Virus record (IMG/VR): IMGVR_UViG_3300015261_000002
Coordinates: 124,001 to 188,000 of that record
Strand: one strand, 5' to 3'
Length of the DNA: 64,000 nucleotides
The notes under the pieces: model-generated
The model's input: the letters and a program-made list of their open reading frames with translations, nothing else
Databases searched by the model: none
What the model was told of the DNA's origin: nothing
Shown here: one piece after another, positions 18,570-26,540 of the stretch
Layout: each line of letters starts with the position of its first letter
How positions within the stretch are numbered: position 1 is the first letter of the stretch
Made by a program: the position numbers and the translations under genes

Positions 18570-21500
18570 ATGGGGTTCCAAACGCGCACTGCGACCCGTG
18601 GTAACACGACGGTCGACTACACCAAGATTCGTGAGAACATCAAGAATGTGTCGCCAGCCATTGCGGCTACCCTGCGCAACGCGACGCCTAAAAATGGGGT
18701 CGCTCCTGATCGTGAGGAAGCTGGTGGTACTAAGACCGTCAACGAATATAAGCTTCATCGGCTGAGTAACATCATCAGCAATAACATCAACTCGGCATAT
18801 GACCTTCGGTCTATCACGCCGATGATTGACAAGGCCAACCTGATCTGGAACACGATCATCCTGTACCCTAACGGGAAACAGGACAAGATGTTGACCTACG
18901 ACACGCTGAGTTCGAAAATCAAGAATGCGGCTTTGCACACCAGCCTACTGGGCATCTGGGACAATTATTACACCAATGACTATAAGATCGAGTCGCTTTT
19001 AAAGAAGATGCTCGACGATATCATGTGGAATACCGGCAGTTACGCGATCTTTAACCTGAGCCGTCCCGGCCTGGATTACTTGATCAACGGTTCCGAAGTT
19101 GATCCCTCCAAACGGAGTGGTAACGAAGAATTCATCAAGGCAAAGAGCGAACTGGATCGTGAGTTCGTAAGCCGTGATGGCAAGACCCTTGTGAAGAACA
19201 AGGGACGCTTTGTTCGCAACCCATTCGCGGCTAAGGCGGCTAACTCCGATAACGCCTCTGTCAGTGGCCTGGAAGCGTTGTTCACGACCGGTTCTGATCT
19301 GGCGGAAGAAGAGTTCTCCATCTTTGACCCGTCCAGCGATGAGGGCAAGCTGTTTAATATCACCATTACCGATAACCCGGCAGTGTTGTACCTCCAGAAG
19401 TTCCAGGAGGCTCGACGCGACCAGGACATCAAGTCGGTCATGGGGGCAGAGAGTTTTGATAACATCATCTCTTCTGCCATGATGACTCAGAAGCAGCGTG
19501 ACGCTGAAGCGGCTAAAGCCGAAGAAGACGCCAACAAGGGCGGCAAGAAGAAGGGCGGCGAAGGTAAGGCAGGTAAACCTGAACTGGCCACCACTCAGAA
19601 CCTGAACGAAGACCAGCTTAATGCTTTGAATGCTTCGGTGTTCAAGCCACGTAACCTGCGCAGTCAGTCGTTGCAGTTCATCAAGTCAAACGACTCGCTG
19701 AGCGTAGCACCTTACGGCCGTGGTCTGAGCTGGCATATTCCTTCTGAAGCGATCTTCCCGATCCACTTCAACGGCAGTAACGGCAAGATCGATGACTACA
19801 TCATCCTGCTCGATCCGGAAACTGGTGCGTTCCTGAAGAACACTGATGACCCAGAGTTCTACCAGTCGTTGGCGAAGAACAAAGACAGCATCACAAACAA
19901 GAACAAGATGGGCAGCGACAACTCGCTCGTCTCCAGTTTGCGTACGGTGCAGTCTGGCAAGCCGTGTGACTTCGACATGTCTGAGTTTGCTGACATGGCC
20001 GAGAAGAGCATTGTGCGTCAGTTCATCTCGTCTGTTTATAGCGACAAGGCCAACAGCATCAGCATTACCCTAGACGAAGAGGTCAACAAGATCTTCCTGG
20101 CGCGTATCTTTAAAGGCCAGGGTGTGCGTTGCCTGTACGTTCCGGGTGAAGCTGTTTCGTACGGTGCTATCAAGTTCAACCGTCTGGGCGTTGGTCAGTC
20201 CCTGACTCAAGCAGCAAAGATGCAGATTGCTCGTCTGGCAGCTTACGACGTAGCGGATGCATTGGCTAACCTGGAAGCAGCTCAGCCTCATACCGAGATG
20301 GTTATCAACATCGAGAAAGAGGACTCTGATCCAGAACACACCATTGCGCTTGCTCGTGCAACCTTCTTCGACACCAACCCTAAGCTGCACTCCATCCTGT
20401 CGACGGCCCAGCTGTCGGTTCCTCAGGTAGTGGATGCACTGCGGGAAGCGTCGCTGTCGGTTAAGGTAAACGCAGGCGACAACGTTCACTTGCCGACACC
20501 GGATATCACTACGCAGGGTAAACCTAAGGATAACTTCCAGCCGGTGGACCAGGCCAGTCGTGATGCCGTAATGAACTCCATCGCAAACTACTTCAACCTG
20601 CCTCGTGCATGGCTGGATGTATCGGACGATCAGAACAACTTCAAGATTGAAGCGGTGACTGAGTACGAGATGGTGTTCAACCAAGCTGTTAACTGGCAGG
20701 AAATGATCTGCGACTTCTTGATTGACTTCCAGCGTAAACATGCTCGAGTCAATGGTCCTCTGATGCAAGACCTTGTTCAGTGCATTCTGGAAAACAAGAA
20801 CCTGTGGAAGCCTGATAGCAAAGAAGCCCTGGAAGGCAGCGATGAGGAAAAGGTCAAGGTTATCCTGTCTGACTTCTTCTCCTCGGTTTATTGCTACCTG
20901 CCGGTGCCTACCAGTACTGAATCCACTAACAAGCTGAAGGAAAGCTTGGACGCGGTGACTGCATTGGTGGGTGCGTGGGAAGAGGCTGCGGGTAACAACG
21001 GTGTGCTGCCTCAGATCTTGAAGATGCTCAACATCAACTCCGAAGATTTCACCGACGCGGAAATCAAAGCGATGGTGAAGTCTGCTCTGACCACTGAAGC
21101 ATTCCGCAAGTTTAACTTGCCGATGCCGTTTGATGAGATTGTTAACGAAGGTAAAGGTGGCGGTATCGCTTCGCTTGTGCAGAAAATGCTGCATCAGCGC
21201 ATCAACACCGCTAGCTTCGTGGCAGACCTTATTGATGGGGTGGTTGACTCCAACAAGAAGCTCATTAAACAGTTTGGCAGTAAACTGGCGAAGAAACTTG
21301 AGCCGGACGAACCTGCTGCTGGGGGGGGAGGAGACAATGGTGGGTTGCCTGATGATGATAGCGCGCTTACTGGATCTCCTGATAATGATCTGGGTGCGGG
21401 TGCGGGTCCCGACGATCAAGACGTTGATAATCCTCTCGGGGATAACAGCGATCCTGATGCTGTTGATGCTGACTCCGATACGCCGACTGATAAAGACGAC

Positions 21501-21584
21501 GATGCGGAGCCTAAAGACGACAAGCCGGCTGATGATGAACCGGGTGGGAAGAACTTCAACCCATGGCCAGGTGACAAAGCGTAA
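18570..21584 (+). CDS. Portal protein candidate (phiKZ gp129-like)
   Basis: Start ATG 18570 (SD GAGG), about 1004 aa. Long acidic disordered C-tail, G-x-E processing motifs in the N-terminal third, and position divergent from the gp128-like gene. Confidence 0.72.
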   Translation: MGFQTRTATRGNTTVDYTKIRENIKNVSPAIAATLRNATPKNGVAPDREEAGGTKTVNEYKLHRLSNIISNNINSAYDLRSITPMIDKANLIWNTIILYPNGKQDKMLTYDTLSSKIKNAALHTSLLGIWDNYYTNDYKIESLLKKMLDDIMWNTGSYAIFNLSRPGLDYLINGSEVDPSKRSGNEEFIKAKSELDREFVSRDGKTLVKNKGRFVRNPFAAKAANSDNASVSGLEALFTTGSDLAEEEFSIFDPSSDEGKLFNITITDNPAVLYLQKFQEARRDQDIKSVMGAESFDNIISSAMMTQKQRDAEAAKAEEDANKGGKKKGGEGKAGKPELATTQNLNEDQLNALNASVFKPRNLRSQSLQFIKSNDSLSVAPYGRGLSWHIPSEAIFPIHFNGSNGKIDDYIILLDPETGAFLKNTDDPEFYQSLAKNKDSITNKNKMGSDNSLVSSLRTVQSGKPCDFDMSEFADMAEKSIVRQFISSVYSDKANSISITLDEEVNKIFLARIFKGQGVRCLYVPGEAVSYGAIKFNRLGVGQSLTQAAKMQIARLAAYDVADALANLEAAQPHTEMVINIEKEDSDPEHTIALARATFFDTNPKLHSILSTAQLSVPQVVDALREASLSVKVNAGDNVHLPTPDITTQGKPKDNFQPVDQASRDAVMNSIANYFNLPRAWLDVSDDQNNFKIEAVTEYEMVFNQAVNWQEMICDFLIDFQRKHARVNGPLMQDLVQCILENKNLWKPDSKEALEGSDEEKVKVILSDFFSSVYCYLPVPTSTESTNKLKESLDAVTALVGAWEEAAGNNGVLPQILKMLNINSEDFTDAEIKAMVKSALTTEAFRKFNLPMPFDEIVNEGKGGGIASLVQKMLHQRINTASFVADLIDGVVDSNKKLIKQFGSKLAKKLEPDEPAAGGGGDNGGLPDDDSALTGSPDNDLGAGAGPDDQDVDNPLGDNSDPDAVDADSDTPTDKDDDAEPKDDKPADDEPGGKNFNPWPGDKA

Positions 21585-21607
21585 ATAGCAAAAAAGAAAG
21601 AACCATA

Positions 21608-21656
21608 GCTAACCCTCCTAGCCTTTGCGGGCTAGGAGGGTTAGCCTTATGGCTGC
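21608..21656. terminator. Bidirectional terminator
   Basis: 16-bp perfect stem GCTAACCCTCCTAGCC / GGCTAGGAGGGTTAGC. Followed by TTATGGCTGC on the plus strand and by a U-rich run on the minus strand. Confidence 0.85.
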
Positions 21657-22277
21657 TTACTGCTGATCAGCAGCTTGTTCTGGTGCTGGTTCTTCAGCAA
21701 CTTCTTTCGCAGGAGTAACCGACGCACGCAGACGATCGGTCATTGCAACGACTGCCAGCAGAAGGCTTTCACCACGACCGGCGCTCAGGAGCTCTTCCAG
21801 TTGCTCGAAGGTGCTGACGGCATTGAAGCCAGCGGCGAGTTCTTCGTCGGTAGGACCGGCAGCCGGCACTTCCACTTCAACGCGCTTTTCAACGGGTTCG
21901 ATGGTCGAAGCCACGGCGGTCAGTACGCGGGACTTCATTTCACCCAGGGCGTCGGCCAGTTCGTTGCCAGCAGCCAGAGGTGCAGCTTCGGTCAGCAGGT
22001 CGGCGAAGTGGTTGGTCAGGGTGTCCAGGTCAGTGACCGTGGAAACGTTGTTCATGGCCGCTTCAGGGGTCATGCGTGCCGCTTCAGGTGCGGCTTCCAC
22101 CACAGGCTTGCCGGTGGCTGCGATCAGACGCTCTTTGATCAGGGAGACCAGACCGTCGCCGCTCGGGCAAGGGTCGTTCGCGTAACGCTGAGGGCGTGGA
22201 TAAACCTGCGTGAGGCGATGGTCGGCCAGCAGGTTCGCTACGTCGCCATTGGTGAGATGTGGGTAAGTACTAGACAT
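21657..22277 (-). CDS. Hypothetical protein, probably abundant; N-terminal module shared with 22381..22971
   Basis: 206 aa, Ala/Glu-rich, strong codon bias like the capsid gene; internal repeat NNVSTVTDLDTL / NAVSTFEQLEEL. Confidence 0.75.
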   Translation of the reverse strand: MSSTYPHLTNGDVANLLADHRLTQVYPRPQRYANDPCPSGDGLVSLIKERLIAATGKPVVEAAPEAARMTPEAAMNNVSTVTDLDTLTNHFADLLTEAAPLAAGNELADALGEMKSRVLTAVASTIEPVEKRVEVEVPAAGPTDEELAAGFNAVSTFEQLEELLSAGRGESLLLAVVAMTDRLRASVTPAKEVAEEPAPEQAADQQ

Positions 22278-22327
22278 CGTTTCTCTCTCTTTTGGTTACG
22301 GATGGGTTTCTACAAAGGATGTTAACA

Positions 22328-22374
22328 GGACAAAAAAATAAAAAGATGTTACCTGTGCCGTGTTACCGGCACAG
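22328..22374 (-). terminator. Intrinsic terminator in the accessory cassette
   Basis: CUGUGCCG stem, then a long U-tract ending UUUUUUGUCC. Confidence 0.75.
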
Positions 22375-22380
22375 TGTCTA

Positions 22381-22971
22381 CTAAATAACTTCGTGCAGTT
22401 CACTTCTTCTTGCCAGAAAGCAAAAGAAAGGTGTGAGACTTCGAGCCGTTCGTTCTTTGTTGATTTCCGCAAGGACCTGATTATCTTCTTTGGGGAAAAC
22501 GACACAGCAGTCACTAGGCAGCAGTGACGTTCTCGCAAGAGTATCGATACTGGTCGTCAGGAAGGTAGAGAACAGGTGTGACGCATCGTCACGGGAAGGC
22601 CAGGAACTAGGAAGGTTGCCATCCACTACCAATTTGTCATACAACGCTTCAAATGTATTGCGCATTTGATCAGGTGTGGTTGTAAACATCTTGTCGGGGA
22701 ATGGCATGATTTGTGGTAACGAGAACGACAACAGATCCGGATTGGGGTTACGTCGCTCTTTCGCGTCATCCCAACTCAAGTTAGGTCCCGACTTCTTCAG
22801 GCGACGCTGGATCTCGTAGACAAGTTCCAGACCGGTCGGTATTTCAATCCCCTCGAACTCCTTAGGAGGATTCTCGAAGTTGATCACACGATAACCGCCT
22901 AGCAAGATTGCCAGGTCTTCGTCGGTCAGGTGTTTGTAGCATTTCGGCGGTACGTCAGTAATGTCGGTCAT
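22381..22971 (-). CDS. Hypothetical protein; N-terminal module shared with 21657..22277
   Basis: 196 aa, SD GGAG; YKHLTDEDLAILL...PTGLELVYEIQRRL. Confidence 0.7.
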   Translation of the reverse strand: MTDITDVPPKCYKHLTDEDLAILLGGYRVINFENPPKEFEGIEIPTGLELVYEIQRRLKKSGPNLSWDDAKERRNPNPDLLSFSLPQIMPFPDKMFTTTPDQMRNTFEALYDKLVVDGNLPSSWPSRDDASHLFSTFLTTSIDTLARTSLLPSDCCVVFPKEDNQVLAEINKERTARSLTPFFCFLARRSELHEVI

Positions 22972-22980
22972 GCTATTCTC

Positions 22981-23343
22981 CTAATGAAGAGTAGGTGATT
23001 GAGGTGGGTTGTTGGCCGAGAAAATATAGACAGGGTCTGCGAGCAGGCTGTCGATCGGTTTAAGCAGGATTACCCAGTCTTTGAAGGGCTGATGTCTGTA
23101 GAAGCTTGCAAAGCTCCTGGGCAGCGTCTCAGGCGCTCCTACATAGAGAAACGCGTGGTAGTGAAGTAAAGTGTTAGCAAAGTCGTCTTCACTTACTACA
23201 ATGCGCAGTTCAGTGATAATATCCTTCGACTCACGGATACCTTCAGGCCAACCATCAACTACAATTGTCCCGGTAATGTAATCCAGGATTTGTTCAATGA
23301 TCTCCATCCCCATGAGTTTGGGATGGTGCAGTTTAAGCAACAT
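22981..23343 (-). CDS. Hypothetical protein
   Basis: 120 aa, SD GAGGA, in the accessory cassette. Confidence 0.6.
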   Translation of the reverse strand: MLLKLHHPKLMGMEIIEQILDYITGTIVVDGWPEGIRESKDIITELRIVVSEDDFANTLLHYHAFLYVGAPETLPRSFASFYRHQPFKDWVILLKPIDSLLADPVYIFSANNPPQSPTLH

Positions 23344-23360
23344 GTTAGATTCCTCGTAGG

Positions 23361-23397
23361 GGACAAAAAATAAAGGGAAGTGTAACCTCCCCTTTAT
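23361..23397 (-). terminator. Intrinsic terminator in the accessory cassette
   Basis: AUAAAGGGGAG-loop-CUUCCCUUUAU followed by UUUUUGUCC. Confidence 0.8.
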
Positions 23398-23404
23398 TCA
23401 CCGC

Positions 23405-23668
23405 TTAGGCCGCCTTGGCCATAAACAGGTTCAGCAAGTTGCCGTTGAACACCATGTGATCTTTCAGTGTTTTAGGGAACTGCTGAACTTCCATTTTTAC
23501 CAGTGGCTCGTAGAGGCGGGTGTCCAGGATTACCTGGTCGCCGCCTTCAACTGCACTGCTGTTACGCAGGCTTTCCAGTTTGTTGCGGAAACGGATCAAT
23601 TCCACTTCAGACTTAGGAAAGTCGCTGGTGGAGAAATCCATCAGCATGTCAAAGATTTTAGCGACCAT
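23405..23668 (-). CDS. Hypothetical protein
   Basis: 87 aa, SD AAGGAG. Confidence 0.65.
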   Translation of the reverse strand: MVAKIFDMLMDFSTSDFPKSEVELIRFRNKLESLRNSSAVEGGDQVILDTRLYEPLVKMEVQQFPKTLKDHMVFNGNLLNLFMAKAA

Positions 23669-23701
23669 GGTTAAACTCCTTTTAGAGGAGCCTAGGTGAG
23701 A

Positions 23702-24034
23702 TTACTTAGGCTCGTTTACGAAACAGTCAACGATCGAGCACACTGTGCCCGCTACTGCAACACCGAACAGGCCGGACATAGTCCCGCTGATGATCTTGCC
23801 GGTGTTGTTGATTTCTGCGGTACCCCAGAGAGTACCTACTGCATAACCAGCGACGCCGCCAGCAATGCCACCCAGGATCCCGCTGGCCAGGGGGCTGCCT
23901 TGAGCAACCGATGCTGCTGCACCCACCAGGGCACCGGCAACACCAGCGATTTGACCAACCTTGATACCTTCGTCACGCTGGCCACGGAAGGAGCGCATAA
24001 TGGATTCACGTTCTGCTTGGTTCATCGAGGACAT
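23702..24034 (-). CDS. Glycine-zipper membrane protein
   Basis: Start ATG 24034 (SD GGGAG), 110 aa. Repeated GxxxG/AxxxG hydrophobic segments (VGQIAGVAGALVGAAA, GILGGIAGGVAGYAVG, GTMSGLFGVAVAG). Confidence 0.7.
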   Translation of the reverse strand: MSSMNQAERESIMRSFRGQRDEGIKVGQIAGVAGALVGAAASVAQGSPLASGILGGIAGGVAGYAVGTLWGTAEINNTGKIISGTMSGLFGVAVAGTVCSIVDCFVNEPK

Positions 24035-24089
24035 AGTTGTAACTCCCATTGGGTTAAGATGTGAAAGACTTATTGTCTTAATCACCCAA

Positions 24090-24097
24090 GTAATATA
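24090..24097 (-). promoter_or_regulatory. phiKZ-type early (virion RNAP) promoter motif TATATTAC
   Basis: Exact TATATTAC on the minus strand, about 55 nt upstream of ATG 24034, in an AT-rich gap after a terminator; equals the published phiKZ early consensus. Confidence 0.65.
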
Positions 24098-24142
24098 GAC
24101 GTGAAACTAACTGTATCTTAAAAAAACAAAATGCGTAATAGA

Positions 24143-24174
24143 GGTAACCTACCGGGGCGACCCGGTAGGTTACT
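24143..24174 (-). terminator. Hairpin ending the nvRNAP operon
   Basis: Stem GTAACCTACCGGG / CCCGGTAGGTTAC, just after the 24190 stop. Confidence 0.75.
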
Positions 24175-24189
24175 TGCTCTAGTCTTGGA

Positions 24190-26517
24190 TTAGCACAGAG
24201 ACAGCAGGCACAGCGGCTTCTCACGCGATACGAAACGCAACGTCGCAACGTTACGATCAATCGTGGAGTAGCTGAACAACCACATGCCACCGCTTTCGGT
24301 AAAGCGCAGCAGTTTGTCGGTGATCATGACATCATCATCTTCAGTCATGGTTTCATCGAAACCGTCTTCAATCATCTTGAAGTATTCCGGCCATTTACTA
24401 CGCTTGATACGCACTGGCACGTTGGCTTCGAGATACGCTGGACCGGTACGCTTGTTGATCACATTGATATACATGTGACGACCGACGACAAGTTCCAGCT
24501 CACCTTTCAACAGATCAATCGCCGATGGCTCTTGACCTTCTTTCAGCTCGTAGGGGTTCGTGTAGTCAAACATGCGAACCGCTTCGTTCAGGTAGTTGGG
24601 CTTGTCGACCTCTACCAGGTGCAGCATGGTTTCTGGATCTTTTTCCTTGAGGTAATCGAGCAGTGCGCGATAGTCCGTCAGGATGTCGTTAACCGACAGA
24701 TGGCCGACACCATTCTTGTTTGGGTTGTAGCCCGCACAGTTGATGAGCCAGTTGTTGATCACCTGGGTCAGGTGAGTGCCGATGAACTTGATCAGATCCG
24801 GGCTGACTTTCTTCTGTGCTTCATAACGAGCCACAGCCGCTACCGCGTTCACGAAGCTTGCACGATCGTCGTTATCCTTGAACAGGAGTGCGAGGTCTTC
24901 GTACAGCGCGTCTTTCTCTTCCTTGCTGGTGCAGGTGTAGGTGTCCCAGTTAACAGCATGGAACCCAGTCGCATTGATCTTCGTGAAGTTTTTGGTCAGG
25001 CGTTCGTTGACGGTGTCGATCGTGTTTTCCAGACTTTTGCTGGAGTTGCTGACAACGGTGTCGGTGATCGCGATGACCGGTACTGCTTGTTGCAGCTTCT
25101 CAACCGTTTCGATTGGAATGTCCATGGTCTTTTCAACCACGACTTCTTCCAGCGGGAACGGCTTCACAACCCAGGAGTCATCCAGCTCGTCTGGGTTTTC
25201 CAGCAACGGCAGGAGTTTCGCCGGGTCCGTGAGGACAGTTTGCATATCAAGGCCCTCTTTGCGGACGATAGTACTGAACCAGCCACTGTCGTTCTCGAGG
25301 TCGATGATGACGATACGGAAGCAGTCTTTGAGAACTGTTTCTTCTGCCTTCTGTTCCTCGTGGCGACGGTAAGCATGTTGGATTTTCTTCCAATCAGTCT
25401 CCGGAATGAAGTAGTGATTGGGTTTGCCGATGTTGTAGAAGAATCGGCTGAGACGGAACTCGTTGCGGTTACCCGGGTTCAGGTTGTTGAAGTCCCCACG
25501 TACTTCATCCCAACTTTTCATGACCTCACCTCCAATAACAAGCGATCTGTCTTGTGGCGGGGCTTGATACTGACCCCGGCTGTTAGCGTTGTGTTGCACC
25601 ATGCGGTAGATATCTTGCATGGCTTCATCCTGATAAGCAGCCGACGGAAGCGCTTGCGGTTCGAACGAACGTTGGATGTAGTCGGACGCCGGACCATAGA
25701 GCATGGTGTAATCGGTACGGGTCGACTCTGGACGTTTGAACTCGAGGTTGTTGTAGGGCGACGTTTGGTTAAACACGTCGTACACAGCAGCCGCAGCTTC
25801 TTTAAAGTTCTCCAGGTTATTAATGCGTGCCTGGATGGACTTTGTCAGACGGTTGGTATAACGACGTCCATTCGGGGACTTCATTAACCAGTTGATCATT
25901 TCAAAGAACAAAATGTTGCGACAAGCAATAAACGCCATGTTCAGATACTCGGCTTGAGTCAGCTGATCACGGTTGCCATTCCGCAGCAGTTCAATCAGAC
26001 CTTTACCAAAGAACGGCATGGCGTTGATTGCAATGACACGGGTGAACTCGTGTTGCTTGTTAACGTCGTCGATAAACGCGTTGCGGATCTCATCGATCTG
26101 CTGCGCTTCGTTCAGACGAAAATCTTCACGGGCTTTACGGTACTCTTCAAAGAAAGGACCTGCCCGGTGATACACTTGTTGCAAGAACATCTGCATTGCA
26201 CCAGCGACCCGATCAATCAAGTAGGCTGTGCTGGTTGGATCGTTTTCCTGATTGGTACGGAGTGCCCGCAGTGCTTCATCTTCATAAAGACTGCCGGCAA
26301 CACCGCCCCAGTTGAAACCACCACCAGAACCTGCGTTGGTGTTGTTCAGGTTTTGCGACATGATGTTGCGAATAACATCACCGGGAGACATATTGGCGTT
26401 GTTATTTTGCAGGGGGTTTTGATACCCCGTCCGATTCATCGGGTTCAGGGGGTTATTACCCCCCATCGCGTTCCCGTCTGGAATCTGTACCGCAGCTGGG
26501 TTTGTTGGTTTAATCAT
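24190..26517 (-). CDS. Conserved hypothetical protein (phiKZ gp124-like position)
   Basis: 775 aa with an N/G/Q/P-rich N-terminus; immediately downstream of the nvRNAP beta-N gene as in relatives. Confidence 0.6.
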   Translation of the reverse strand: MIKPTNPAAVQIPDGNAMGGNNPLNPMNRTGYQNPLQNNNANMSPGDVIRNIMSQNLNNTNAGSGGGFNWGGVAGSLYEDEALRALRTNQENDPTSTAYLIDRVAGAMQMFLQQVYHRAGPFFEEYRKAREDFRLNEAQQIDEIRNAFIDDVNKQHEFTRVIAINAMPFFGKGLIELLRNGNRDQLTQAEYLNMAFIACRNILFFEMINWLMKSPNGRRYTNRLTKSIQARINNLENFKEAAAAVYDVFNQTSPYNNLEFKRPESTRTDYTMLYGPASDYIQRSFEPQALPSAAYQDEAMQDIYRMVQHNANSRGQYQAPPQDRSLVIGGEVMKSWDEVRGDFNNLNPGNRNEFRLSRFFYNIGKPNHYFIPETDWKKIQHAYRRHEEQKAEETVLKDCFRIVIIDLENDSGWFSTIVRKEGLDMQTVLTDPAKLLPLLENPDELDDSWVVKPFPLEEVVVEKTMDIPIETVEKLQQAVPVIAITDTVVSNSSKSLENTIDTVNERLTKNFTKINATGFHAVNWDTYTCTSKEEKDALYEDLALLFKDNDDRASFVNAVAAVARYEAQKKVSPDLIKFIGTHLTQVINNWLINCAGYNPNKNGVGHLSVNDILTDYRALLDYLKEKDPETMLHLVEVDKPNYLNEAVRMFDYTNPYELKEGQEPSAIDLLKGELELVVGRHMYINVINKRTGPAYLEANVPVRIKRSKWPEYFKMIEDGFDETMTEDDDVMITDKLLRFTESGGMWLFSYSTIDRNVATLRFVSREKPLCLLSLC

Positions 26518-26540
26518 TACACACTCCTAACACCCCCTGA

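Noticed and set aside
21321-21328. G8 tract in the portal gene as a phase-variation or frameshift site
   Set aside because: It encodes part of a Gly run in a disordered acidic tail and the frame is intact. One homopolymer is not evidence of programmed slippage.
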